From a bacterium (GTDB lineage: Bacteria; Auribacterota; Erginobacteria; Erginobacterales; DAOSXE01), in assembly GCA_035380285.1 (NCBI GenBank), contig DAOSXE010000015.1, forward strand, positions 1,927-65,926: a DNA stretch of 64,000 bases, written 5' to 3'. The translations under genes and the position numbers were made by a program. This document shows, in pieces, positions 26,346-36,131 of the stretch. Below the pieces are notes generated by a model. That model was given only the letters and a program-made list of their open reading frames with translations. It did not search any database and was not told the DNA's origin. The first letter of the stretch is position 1. Every line of letters begins with the position of its first letter.

Positions 26346-27425
26346 GTGGGGGCGAAACGTCTCAAGGCCGATCCCGAAAGCATCGATTTCATTTTGGCGG
26401 CCAGTCTCCTGGCCCGTCAGCAGCGGGGCAACCACGCGGGATACTACGCGCTGGCGGCGCTGAGCCGGCTGTTGGAAAAAAACCTTCCCGGAGAGACGGG
26501 GCCGATCGAGGCCATGAACATCCGGCGGCGGCTGGACCGCCTGATCGGAGAAACCGAGTTCCCCGCCGAAATCGCCGCCAAGGTCTACGAGAACTGGAGA
26601 CCGATCCGGCCCTTCCTGGAGAAAAAAATCAGCATGGTACCCTCCCACCGCATGCGCCGGATCCGGCTTTTCGTCGAGTTGGTGGCATGGGTTTTCGAAA
26701 ACTACGCCCGGGTACCGGTCTCCGAAGTCGTCCGGGAGATGACCGTGGCCGACCTCGCCCGCCTGGAGCAGGGTTTCGGGTTCAAAGTCAGGGAGACCAA
26801 ACAAAAGAAACGGGAATTCCAGGGCTTCGCTCTCGCCGACTTCGACGACCTGCTCCGAATGCGCAAGCGCCTGGACGAGGCCGCGGGCGCCCTGGGCGGC
26901 TTGCTGGGCGACCGGGGAGGCCTCAGGCTGGGCCCCAGCCTGAGCGCGGTCGATTACACCAGTTCCTGGGTGGCCCTGACCTGGTGGGACAACCCCTTGG
27001 GCGAACCGGACGGCGAAGCCGGGTTTCGGGTCATGGCCACCACGGAAACGATCACCGCCGGCTTTTTCCTGGGCGCCGAGAGTACCCGCACCCGGGAGCG
27101 TTATTACCGGCGCCTGGGATCGGGCGAACTCGCCGGCTCCCTGGAGCGGTTCGCGGGAGCGGGGGGAACGTTCTTCGACTTTTTCTGGACCTGCAACCAG
27201 GACGAACGCCGTCCCATCGACGCGCCGGAGCAACTCCGGCCCAAGATAGAGGAGACACTGGCGGAACTCGCCTCCCTCCCCCCTCCCTACCCCGATACCC
27301 CGCTGCTGCCGGGCTGGGCCTGGACCCGTGAAGAAGCGGCGGGAATGCGGGAGCGCATCCTCCCCCTGGCCGCCGGGGCCTTCGGCCCCTGCGCCGCCTT
27401 AACGGCGGCCCTGGCCGGTCAGTAA
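26346..27425 (+). CDS. hypothetical protein
   Basis: 359-aa ORF with GTG start and protein-like composition; no recognisable motif. Confidence 0.4.
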   Translation: MGAKRLKADPESIDFILAASLLARQQRGNHAGYYALAALSRLLEKNLPGETGPIEAMNIRRRLDRLIGETEFPAEIAAKVYENWRPIRPFLEKKISMVPSHRMRRIRLFVELVAWVFENYARVPVSEVVREMTVADLARLEQGFGFKVRETKQKKREFQGFALADFDDLLRMRKRLDEAAGALGGLLGDRGGLRLGPSLSAVDYTSSWVALTWWDNPLGEPDGEAGFRVMATTETITAGFFLGAESTRTRERYYRRLGSGELAGSLERFAGAGGTFFDFFWTCNQDERRPIDAPEQLRPKIEETLAELASLPPPYPDTPLLPGWAWTREEAAGMRERILPLAAGAFGPCAALTAALAGQ

Positions 27426-28066
27426 CTGCCCCCGGAGAGTTTGAAGAGCCAGAAATCGGTGGGAACGGTCAGTTCTTTCTCCTCCTCGCCGGGAACGTCC
27501 TTGACCTCCAGCACTTCCCGCTTCGGAAACCAGAACTCCCTTCCCTCGGAAACGAGACAATAGGCGCGATCGGTTTCCCGGAGGATCCGGGCGCGCGCGG
27601 CGGTGAAGGCCTGGTCGTCCTCGCTCGGGTTTTCCAGGCGGCGGAGTTTGAAGTTGTAGTAGTTTTTCTGGATGACGAACCGGCAGCGGTCGTCCTCGAT
27701 CGGTTCGATCTCGGAAAAACAGACCCGGGGCAGAAACATCTCCCGGCCGTCGATTTCGACGCAGAGGGCGTCCTGTTCCTCCCTGACCAGGCGCCCGACG
27801 ACCTCGACCACATCTCCCAGGATCGAACCTTTGACCCCGGTGGCCTTCTCTTTCAGCCCCCTCATTTCCGCCCGCTTGGCCTCGAGGACCGATTCGAGGA
27901 TTTCCATCTCGTAGATGCCCTGCTCCGCCCGCAGACAGGAACGCACGGCTTCTTCGGGAATCCAGACCTTGCCTCCCCCCAGGTCGACCAGGCTGGCTTC
28001 CTCGGTGCGGATCAATACCTTGAGACGGAGACGGACGTAGCGTTCTTCCTCGGGCATCGAGATCAT
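27419..28066 (-). CDS. hypothetical protein (last gene of the secretion operon)
   Basis: Protein-like C-terminal 215 aa of ORF 27419..28393 starting at internal ATG (MISMPEE); upstream part of that ORF is Arg/Gly-rich shadow. Confidence 0.4.
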   Translation of the reverse strand: MISMPEEERYVRLRLKVLIRTEEASLVDLGGGKVWIPEEAVRSCLRAEQGIYEMEILESVLEAKRAEMRGLKEKATGVKGSILGDVVEVVGRLVREEQDALCVEIDGREMFLPRVCFSEIEPIEDDRCRFVIQKNYYNFKLRRLENPSEDDQAFTAARARILRETDRAYCLVSEGREFWFPKREVLEVKDVPGEEEKELTVPTDFWLFKLSGGSY

Positions 28067-28131
28067 CCCCCCGACGGTTTCCGGGTTTACCCGAAGCCCA
28101 TGGTAGCAGAAGCCGGCGCCGGGACCAAGTC

Positions 28132-31100
28132 CTACCGAAGCTCGGAGTAAGGGCTTTCGGGAACCACCTGGTTCTCCAGATCGGAAACGGGGCGGAAGGT
28201 GGTGACCACCGCGCCCGGGGAATAGCGGTGAAGGCGGATCTCCTGGTCCCACGCCCCGGATTTCCCCCAGCGCAGATCGGGGTCGGGATCGGCCCAGGTT
28301 TCGGCGGGAACGTGCCCGGCATGATCCACTCCGGTCCACGTCACCTCCAGCTCCGTCCCTCCCACCGTCAGCACCATCCCGTCGTCGATCCACCGGTAGT
28401 CGCCCTGCAGGTGCCAGCGCACGATCCCCTGGCCGGGAAGGGTATCCTTGACTTCGATTCTCCTGTCTCCGGTCTTGTAGAGAACTACCTCGCGGCGCCA
28501 GCTCAGCGCTCCGACCGTGGAAACGGTGACGCTGCGGGACAGTTCGGAAGTGTCTTCCCAGGTCTCGGCCGCCGCCGGCGGGTAGGTGCCGCCGGTCTCG
28601 ACCAGGTTATGGAGTTTGAACGACGGATTGGAGTAGTTCATGGTCACCCCGGTGACGAACTCCTCGGGACCGACCCCCAGGCTGAGGATATCGTTGCCGA
28701 AGCCGTACCGGTCCTGGCCGCTGCCGGCGACCTGGGCGCCGAGGTCGAGCATGAGGAAAAGGGCGTCGGACCCGGACCCCGACCGGTGGATGACCTTGTC
28801 CGGGGTATCCACCAGTTGCGCCAGGGACTCGTCGTAGACTCCCGCCAACGATTGTCCCGGCATCATCGGCCGGGAGAGCACGCCCCCGGGGCAGTCCCCG
28901 TCGGCGGGCGCCTCGGGAACGAGATCTTCGTTCAGGAACCAGTAGAGGTAGACGGGGTTCATGTACACGGCGAACGGCCCCATCTGGGTGCCGGGGTAAC
29001 CGTAATCGTTGCGGCCGTAGGCCACCACTTCATGGCCCCGCGCGTACTCGAAGGCCTGCTGCAGAAGCCATTTGGCCCGCGCCGCGGCGGACCGGTGCTC
29101 GGGCACGTCATCGTCCAAAACCGCGGTGGCGGCGGCCAGGACTTCGAGGAAACGGTCGGTGAAGGCCTGCAGGTAATCCTGCCCGTAGGCGGGCATGAAC
29201 CCGTTGGGAGGGAAGGTCTCGATCAGGAGACAGACCTGGCGGTAGAAGTTGTCCCGCCACCTCTTGCCTTCCCCGTCCTCCACCGGGATCTCCATCCGGT
29301 TGGAGTAAAGGGCGACCCGCAGCATTTCCCGGATGAAGAGCCCCTGCCAATAGCGCGAGTTTTCGGGCAGGGTCCAGGTGTCGTCGTAACTGAGGAGCCG
29401 GTTGGCCCAGGCAATCATCTCCCGGCCCGGCTCTCCGCCGACGATATACCCCACCACCGCGTTGAGTCCGCAGACCGTCCCCTGCGCATAGTTCCCGGTA
29501 GAAGCGACTTCGCGGCGGTCCAGGGCCAGGCGGACGAATTTCTTCTCGATCTCGGCGCGCTCGGCCGACGAGAAAATCCCGGAGGCGGCCAGGGCCAGGT
29601 AGGCCTCGGCGACGTCGGAGATGCCCCGGGAGGTGGAGGTTCCGCCCCAGTCGAAGGAGGAATCCCGGACCAGGGCCAGCAGGTTCTCGCGAAAATAGTC
29701 GGCGCAGGGCCGGTACCCGGTCGCCAGATAGATGAAAGCGGTGTTGGGGAGATAGTCGTAAAGCGCGAACCGGGCGTCGGACGCCCCCAGGTTGCCGTCG
29801 AAGTTCTTGAAGTAGCACCCGGTGGCGAAATCGATCCAGTCGGCATAGTCCTCCACGGTCAGGCTGGAAATAAACGAGGCCCTCAGGGGGGAGGCCGGGG
29901 AATAATTGCCGTTGGTTTTTCCGGGGGTGCCGAAGTTGGTGGTGGTGCCCACGCTGTAGGTGGAACTGCTCAGCGCCCGGGCCCAGTTGGACTTGGTGGA
30001 ACCGCTCACGTCGGGGTCGAGACGCTCCATCGAAAATCCTTCCTGGGTGGTCACGAACCAGCCGGCGGAACTGCAGTCCACCGTATCGATGGTCTTACCG
30101 GAGTCGTCCTTCAAGACCAGCTTGTCCCCGCTGCCGCCGCACGTCAGCGTACTGGTGGCCTGGGCCCGGGCGCCGTTGGCCTGAACCGGAACGCTCAGGG
30201 CGCTGTTGGCGACGACCACGTAGAACGCCCCCACCGGGAGTTCGTAGCTCTTGAGCGAGATGCTCCAGTTTTCGGAATCGTTGTTCAGGGTCCAGTTTTC
30301 CACCTGCTGGGCGGCATCCCCGTAATTGGCGATCTCGATCCAACAGTAGGTGGGCTGATTCAGGGTGCCGGCGTAATTGATCTCGTTGATGACCAGCTGG
30401 CTGCTGCCGCCGCTGGAAGTGGGAGCCGGCACGGGAGTGGGAGTGGGGATGGGGGTGGGGGGAGGCGTGGGGGTGGTGAGGGTGACCCCGAACCAGGTCC
30501 GGTAAGCTTCCTTGTAGGTTTCCTGGAGGAGTCCGTAGGCCAGGGTCTGCCCTTCCGGCCGATACGGTTCCGGCGGCTCCAGGTCCTGAAGATCGTATTC
30601 CGCCTCCGCCGCGGCCGAGGCCCCGGCGGCCGCGCCGGATACCGGGGTGGGAACGACCGGGGGAAGCCAGCCCGCGCGGGCGAAGGGAGTGGGAGTGGGG
30701 GTGGCCCCGAACGTGTTCAAGTCCTCTATGTCGGGGGCGTACCAGACATGAACGCCGCCGTCTCCGGAAGCGGCGAAGACCATGTCGTCCTCCACCGCCA
30801 GCCCCTGCAGCGGGGCGCCCCCGGCTTCCAGCCTGCGCGCCAGGCGGAACCCGGGCAACTCCCAGACATAGAGGGAGCCGTCGTGACAGGAGGCGTAGAG
30901 AAACCCCCGGGCGGCGGCGGCGCCCGTAACCTGGTCCCGGCAGTCGTCGAGGATTTTCAGGGGAGCGAACTCCAGGGACCAGACATAGACATTCCCGTCC
31001 GAGGAGGAAAGGTATATCCGGTCGGCGTCGGTCGCCACCGAGTTCAGGTCGCTTTCGGCGCCGGCCAGCTCCGCCAGGGGCGCTCCGGTGGTCCGGTCCC

Positions 31101-33924
31101 AGACGTAGAGCGAGTACTCCGAGCCGCCGGTGGCGGCGTAAAGCCGTCCGGCGGCGGCGTCGACCGCCGTCACCCAGCCCCGGGACACCTGCCATTCTTC
31201 CTGCTGCTGAAACCCGTTCCGGTTCCAGGCGTAAACCCGGCGGCCGGTGGTGCCGGCGTAGACCATGCCGCCGTAAGCCGCCACTCCCTCCACCGGATCT
31301 CCGATGCTGGTCTCGCCGCGCAGGGAGCGCACCGGTTTCAGGGCAAGCCGGTCCCATACGTAGACGTTCCCGTCGTCGCTGCCGCCGTAGATGTAGCGGT
31401 CGTCGGCGGCGACCGAGATTATGGCCCCGGCGTTGGGGTAGGAGCAGCGGGAGCGGCGGCTGAAATCGTCGCGGTCCCAGATATAGACGTTGCCGTCCTC
31501 GTTCCCCCCTACCACCGAGCGGGAATCGGCCCAGACGGCCTCCATCCAACCGCTTCCGCCCTCGAGCACCGCCACTTCTTCGAACGGCGCGGGGGTGACG
31601 CTGGGCACGGCCAGCAACTGGGGCGCCGGGGTCGGAGAAAAGGGCGGAGTCCCCGCCGGCGCCGCCCCGCCGGAGGGGGAAACCGTGGGAACGGGGGTCG
31701 GGGAGCCGGGCGGCGTGGAGGCCGGGGTGACGGCGGCGGTCGGCGTCGGCGCGGGGGCTTCCGGGGACGGGGAAGGAACCGACTTCGCCGGCACCTGCAG
31801 CCAACGGTCGTAGTAGGTGTTCCCCTCGACGTCCACGTACCATTCGCGGTCGACGGCGTCGATAACGGGGGGGGGATACACGGCGGTGCGGCCGGCCGCC
31901 GCCCGGGTCGGGAGCTCGGTCAGGATTTCGAAGGAAACGTCCAGATAATCGCCTTCGGCTACGATAAAAGCGGGGTCGGTCCCCAGTTGGAGCTTGACCA
32001 TGACCGGCGCGGCGGGGACGGCGGTGCGGTCGGTGTAGGCGGTGAATTCCTGACAGTAGTCGTAGGTGCGCGCCAGCCACTCCCCGTTGTCGGCCCGGGC
32101 GACGATCCATTTCCAGCCCTTCTGCCCGGCGGCGCGGGTCTCCTTGAGATCGAGATCGGTCACCCGGCTCAGGGAGAGAGGAACGGCGCCGTACTCCGGG
32201 GTCGGAGTGGCGCTGGCGCTGGGGGTGGCGCTGGGGGTCGGGGTCTTGTACCCCTCCGGCGTCGGAGTCGGAGTCGGCGTGGGCGGGCTGGGGGTGGGGG
32301 TATGGTAACCGAAAGGAGTCGGCGTCGCGGTGGGCGCGGGAGTGGGAGTGGTCGGCGGAGTCGGAGTCGGTTCCGGGGTCGGGGTGGGGCGCGAAGAGAC
32401 CGGGGAACACAGCTCTTCGTCGCTGTAGCAGATGCCGTCCCTTCCCAGCCAGAAACGGGACGAGGCCGGAGCGCCCGGGGGCAGGTAGATCCTGGTCTGG
32501 GCGACTTGGGCCTCCCCTTCTTCGAGATAGAAGTACTGGAGGTCCAGGTAATCGCCGGCTTCGATCCGGGGATCCTCGGAATCCTTCTTGATGACCAGCG
32601 AAAGCACCGCGTCCGCGTCCAGCTTGGGCCCGGGACCGGCAAAGGAGTTGAGGCTGTCCTTGACCGAGGCCAGGGGCACATCCTCGCCCGGGGCCTCCAG
32701 GCGGTATTCCCACCCCCAACTCAGGGAGGCGCGGGGCCGGGCGATGGAGAGCGTGTTGATCTGAAACGCCGCCAGGGGGGTGGCGCAGTAGGCCGGAGTC
32801 GGCGACGGCGACGGGGGAACCGTCGGCGTCGGCGCCGCCTGACAGAGGGAGACGTCCCGGTAGAGGACCCCCGTGGAATCGGGGTACCCGACCAGAGGAG
32901 CGGTCGGGTCCAGGTCCAGGGCAGGCAGGGCGATGCTGACGGCGGAACTTCCGGAACCGGTGGCGTAATCGATCTCCAGGGTGTCCCCGGGCTCGATCAC
33001 GATGTTCCCGGAGTACCCGGGATTTTTTATGATGGTCAGGCGCAGGGGGCGGTCGTCGGTGAAAACGGCGGCGACCCGCATCTGGTTGAGGTTGTCGGTG
33101 ACGTAGGCCAGGGTGGTCCTGCCGTCGGCGGTCTGGAGCAGATAGCCCCACCCGTCGGTTGAGGTGCTCCGGGGGTGGGAGAGGCTGAGGGCGTTGATCC
33201 ACCGGGCCCGGAGGGGTTCGCGGCCGGAGCAGTAATCGGGGGTGGGGGTCGGCGTGCCCGGAATCCGGGTGGGCGGGGGCGTCGGCGTCGTCAGGTAGGG
33301 CGTCGGGGAGGTCGGCCAGATGCCGAAGGCTTCGAAATAGAACTGCCGGTAGGCTTCGTCGAGGAGGGACCGGGCCAGGGTCCCGTTCTCTTCCCGGTAA
33401 GGATTCCGCGGGTAGACGGATACCCGGCGCTCGGCGCCTTCGGGCGTGGTGATGACGACGACGATCTCCTCGCTTTCGTCCCGGTGCAATCCGCCCCGGG
33501 CGGCCGCGGCCGCGGCCGCGGTCGGACCCGGGCTGGGGGTGGGGATCCGGCTGGGCGTGGGCACCGGCGTGGGCGGCGTGGCCAGGACCACGCCGAACGC
33601 CTGGAAATAAAACTCCTTGAAGCCCCGGCCGAGCAGGGAATAGTCCAGGCTCCGGTTTTCGGGCCGGTAGTCCTCCCGGGGCTCCACCATCGTCTCGCGG
33701 GTCTCCCCCGAGGGCTCGACCACGACCACGTCCACCTTCTCCGCGCCCCCGCCGTGGAGCCCCAGGCCGGCCTCGCGGGAGGCGCCCGGAACTCCCGGCA
33801 CCCGGAAGACCCGGCCGGGAGAGGGCGAGGGAGACGGCGTCGGGGACTCGGCGCCCTCGCTCCGGAGAGGGGACAGGGCCGCGGCCAGGAGCGCCCAGGC
33901 GAAAAAGAGCGGCCGCGCCTTCAC
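28132..33924 (-). CDS. giant secreted multidomain protein (1930 aa): Pro/Thr linkers, beta-propeller repeats, lamin-tail-like domain, C-terminal heparinase II/III-like region
   Basis: Signal peptide MKARPLFFAWALLAAALSPL; many PTPTP linkers; repeated DGNVYVWD-type blades; LVINEINY...WIEIANYGD segment; ~600-aa C-terminal region of helical-then-beta character; start overlaps the upstream stop (ATGA). Confidence 0.75.
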   Translation of the reverse strand: MKARPLFFAWALLAAALSPLRSEGAESPTPSPSPSPGRVFRVPGVPGASREAGLGLHGGGAEKVDVVVVEPSGETRETMVEPREDYRPENRSLDYSLLGRGFKEFYFQAFGVVLATPPTPVPTPSRIPTPSPGPTAAAAAAARGGLHRDESEEIVVVITTPEGAERRVSVYPRNPYREENGTLARSLLDEAYRQFYFEAFGIWPTSPTPYLTTPTPPPTRIPGTPTPTPDYCSGREPLRARWINALSLSHPRSTSTDGWGYLLQTADGRTTLAYVTDNLNQMRVAAVFTDDRPLRLTIIKNPGYSGNIVIEPGDTLEIDYATGSGSSAVSIALPALDLDPTAPLVGYPDSTGVLYRDVSLCQAAPTPTVPPSPSPTPAYCATPLAAFQINTLSIARPRASLSWGWEYRLEAPGEDVPLASVKDSLNSFAGPGPKLDADAVLSLVIKKDSEDPRIEAGDYLDLQYFYLEEGEAQVAQTRIYLPPGAPASSRFWLGRDGICYSDEELCSPVSSRPTPTPEPTPTPPTTPTPAPTATPTPFGYHTPTPSPPTPTPTPTPEGYKTPTPSATPSASATPTPEYGAVPLSLSRVTDLDLKETRAAGQKGWKWIVARADNGEWLARTYDYCQEFTAYTDRTAVPAAPVMVKLQLGTDPAFIVAEGDYLDVSFEILTELPTRAAAGRTAVYPPPVIDAVDREWYVDVEGNTYYDRWLQVPAKSVPSPSPEAPAPTPTAAVTPASTPPGSPTPVPTVSPSGGAAPAGTPPFSPTPAPQLLAVPSVTPAPFEEVAVLEGGSGWMEAVWADSRSVVGGNEDGNVYIWDRDDFSRRSRCSYPNAGAIISVAADDRYIYGGSDDGNVYVWDRLALKPVRSLRGETSIGDPVEGVAAYGGMVYAGTTGRRVYAWNRNGFQQQEEWQVSRGWVTAVDAAAGRLYAATGGSEYSLYVWDRTTGAPLAELAGAESDLNSVATDADRIYLSSSDGNVYVWSLEFAPLKILDDCRDQVTGAAAARGFLYASCHDGSLYVWELPGFRLARRLEAGGAPLQGLAVEDDMVFAASGDGGVHVWYAPDIEDLNTFGATPTPTPFARAGWLPPVVPTPVSGAAAGASAAAEAEYDLQDLEPPEPYRPEGQTLAYGLLQETYKEAYRTWFGVTLTTPTPPPTPIPTPTPVPAPTSSGGSSQLVINEINYAGTLNQPTYCWIEIANYGDAAQQVENWTLNNDSENWSISLKSYELPVGAFYVVVANSALSVPVQANGARAQATSTLTCGGSGDKLVLKDDSGKTIDTVDCSSAGWFVTTQEGFSMERLDPDVSGSTKSNWARALSSSTYSVGTTTNFGTPGKTNGNYSPASPLRASFISSLTVEDYADWIDFATGCYFKNFDGNLGASDARFALYDYLPNTAFIYLATGYRPCADYFRENLLALVRDSSFDWGGTSTSRGISDVAEAYLALAASGIFSSAERAEIEKKFVRLALDRREVASTGNYAQGTVCGLNAVVGYIVGGEPGREMIAWANRLLSYDDTWTLPENSRYWQGLFIREMLRVALYSNRMEIPVEDGEGKRWRDNFYRQVCLLIETFPPNGFMPAYGQDYLQAFTDRFLEVLAAATAVLDDDVPEHRSAAARAKWLLQQAFEYARGHEVVAYGRNDYGYPGTQMGPFAVYMNPVYLYWFLNEDLVPEAPADGDCPGGVLSRPMMPGQSLAGVYDESLAQLVDTPDKVIHRSGSGSDALFLMLDLGAQVAGSGQDRYGFGNDILSLGVGPEEFVTGVTMNYSNPSFKLHNLVETGGTYPPAAAETWEDTSELSRSVTVSTVGALSWRREVVLYKTGDRRIEVKDTLPGQGIVRWHLQGDYRWIDDGMVLTVGGTELEVTWTGVDHAGHVPAETWADPDPDLRWGKSGAWDQEIRLHRYSPGAVVTTFRPVSDLENQVVPESPYSELR

Positions 33925-34481
33925 TTGCGTTCCGCCCCCTGGTTTTTGAGGGGCTCGGCCGAAATGATCGTCGCCTCGACGTCGAGCAGGTCGTCGTTCT
34001 TGCGGTTGAGAGCCACGGTCAGTTCCCGGATCACCTGGCTGCCTCCGTTCTGGTACTCGACGGCGTAGAGAAAGTCCACCAGTTGATCCAGGGGGACCCC
34101 CGCCAGCTCCACCTGCAGCTCCACCACCTTATACAGGTCGTGCACGGTCCGGTTGCGGGTGTTCATCTTGGTCAGTTCGGCCGCCGGGGCCTTCTCCGCG
34201 GCCAATTTCTCGATCAGGCCCTGATTCAGCACGGTTTCGCCGCCCACCCCGCCCATGCCCCGGAGGATCTGGTCGGTTTTGGACCGCAAGACCGCGTACT
34301 TGCGGTGGAGACGTTCCATCTTCTGCAGGGAGATCTCCTGCTCTTCGATCCGTTCGTTGACGCCGACCCATTGGTCCCAGAGCGAACCTTCCCGCAGGAA
34401 AAGAAACCAGACCACGGCGATGAGAAGAAACCCGCCGCCGCCGACGAGCACCGTCCGTTTTTCCCGTTGCTTGAGGGCCAT
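33921..34481 (-). CDS. type II secretion GspM-like protein
   Basis: Single N-terminal TM (LVGGGGFLLIAVVWFLFL) plus ~150-aa periplasmic domain, positioned after the GspL-like gene. Confidence 0.5.
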   Translation of the reverse strand: MALKQREKRTVLVGGGGFLLIAVVWFLFLREGSLWDQWVGVNERIEEQEISLQKMERLHRKYAVLRSKTDQILRGMGGVGGETVLNQGLIEKLAAEKAPAAELTKMNTRNRTVHDLYKVVELQVELAGVPLDQLVDFLYAVEYQNGGSQVIRELTVALNRKNDDLLDVEATIISAEPLKNQGAERK

Positions 34482-34484
34482 CCG

Positions 34485-36113
34485 TTACTCCTGGCGGATA
34501 AGGGGAATGGTGTAGGTGAACTCGACCGTCACCGTCTTCGCCCCGTCTTTCCTGGTCTTGGCCGGGCTTTCCTTGAGTTGGTCGCCGATGAACAGCGCCG
34601 AGGACTGAATCGCCTTCTTGATCAGTTCGGCGGTGCCGTAATTCTCGGTGCGGGCCCGCAAGCGGACACGGTCCTGGTTGATGTCGAGTTCGACCACCTG
34701 GACCTTGAGCTTGTCGGGAATGACCCGGCTCAGTTCCAGGAGGGCGTCCAATCCGGAAATGCTGCTGAACTCCCGGTAGTAATCGAAATTATCCCGCATC
34801 TCCTTCAGGGAATCCTCCATGGCCTGCAGCTCGCGGCCCCGGGCCTGCTGGGCCTGTTCGGGGAAAGCCGAAGCCAGAATTCCGGAGATGCGGGCCTGGA
34901 GAGCGGCCGATTCCGTCTCCTTCGCCCCCATCCTCAGGTGCAGGGAAACGGCGAACGCGGCCAAGAGGCCCAGAATCAACCCCAAGGTGATCAGAAGGCG
35001 CCGGCGGACCGCTCCCCACGAACCCGCCCAGGTCAACTCCTCCTTGCGGAAATTCACCCGCCGGCCCTCCCGGCCCACGGCGAACGAGGCCATCCCCATC
35101 GCTTCCCCGGCCCCGGGGAGGCGGTGCTTTCCTTCCCTGACGCCCGTCCAGGGATCGGCCGGCTGCGAGGCGCCCCCCGCCAGCCGCTCCAGGGACTCCC
35201 GCAACCCGGGGAGGTCCGCGCCCCCTCCGGTCAGGAGCAGCCGGTCCGGCGGCCGGCCCCCGGTCGCGGCGCCGGCGGTGTGCAGGGTCCGGGAAATCTC
35301 GGCTTCGAAACGGGCCAGACAGGCGCTCACGGCCGCTTCCACCTTCCCGGCTTCGGGGGCGCCCAGGCCGACCCCGCGTTTGAGGCTCTCGGCTTCGGGA
35401 AACGGGGCCCCCGTCTCCTTCATGACGGCGGCGGTGACGGTATCGCCCCCCCAGGTGAAACTTCGCAGCAGCACCAGGCGCCCGTCCTGGAAGAACCCGG
35501 CCGAGGTGTGCGCGGCCCCGACCTCGAGCAGGGCGGTCACGCCGGAGTCGAGAATCTGCCCTCCCCGGCGGCAGGCGTCGGCGAGACCGGGGAAATCGAC
35601 TCCGATCCCGGCGGGGTCGATCCCGGCCTCGGCCAGAAGTTCCAGTTGGCCGGCCAGGAAATCCTTGCGGGCGGCGACCATCATCACCCTGGTCTTGCCC
35701 TCTTCCAGGACTTCCTGAGGCCAGAAGTCGATGACCACCTGGTCCAACGGGAAGGGTATGTGCAGTTCCGCCTCCGAGGAGATGACCTGTTCGATCAGGT
35801 TGAGGCGGGTGAAGGGGACGACCAGGCTGCGCAGGAAAACCCGGTGCAGGGGCAGGGCACAGACGGTCACTTCCGCCCGGGGCGCCTTCGGGGAAAAAAG
35901 CTCGCGCAGCGCCGCGGCCGTTTCTTCCCGTCCCGGCGCCGCGGGGGCGGTCCGGGCGATCGCGGCGGAGCGGGCCCAGGAAACCCGCGGAAGCCGGCCC
36001 CGGGCGCGGCGGGCCACCACCGCGCGAACGGCGGTGGTGCCGATGTCGATCCCCAGCGCGCTGCCGGGGATATCGGCCCGCTGCCTCATTTTTTCCAAGA
36101 AGTCTTTCATCAT
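34485..36113 (-). CDS. type II secretion GspL / PilM-PilN-like assembly protein
   Basis: N-terminal actin-like ATPase-fold motif (LGIDIGTTAVRAVV), central TM, periplasmic C-terminal domain. Confidence 0.6.
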   Translation of the reverse strand: MMKDFLEKMRQRADIPGSALGIDIGTTAVRAVVARRARGRLPRVSWARSAAIARTAPAAPGREETAAALRELFSPKAPRAEVTVCALPLHRVFLRSLVVPFTRLNLIEQVISSEAELHIPFPLDQVVIDFWPQEVLEEGKTRVMMVAARKDFLAGQLELLAEAGIDPAGIGVDFPGLADACRRGGQILDSGVTALLEVGAAHTSAGFFQDGRLVLLRSFTWGGDTVTAAVMKETGAPFPEAESLKRGVGLGAPEAGKVEAAVSACLARFEAEISRTLHTAGAATGGRPPDRLLLTGGGADLPGLRESLERLAGGASQPADPWTGVREGKHRLPGAGEAMGMASFAVGREGRRVNFRKEELTWAGSWGAVRRRLLITLGLILGLLAAFAVSLHLRMGAKETESAALQARISGILASAFPEQAQQARGRELQAMEDSLKEMRDNFDYYREFSSISGLDALLELSRVIPDKLKVQVVELDINQDRVRLRARTENYGTAELIKKAIQSSALFIGDQLKESPAKTRKDGAKTVTVEFTYTIPLIRQE

Positions 36114-36131
36114 CTTCGCGTCGCCGCCGGC

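Noticed and set aside
28228-33162. 1644-aa ORF on the plus strand opposite the giant secreted protein gene
   Set aside because: Translation is dominated by Gly/Arg/Pro/Ala runs with no domain-like pattern, typical of a shadow ORF in high-GC DNA; the minus-strand frame has a signal peptide and structured repeats.
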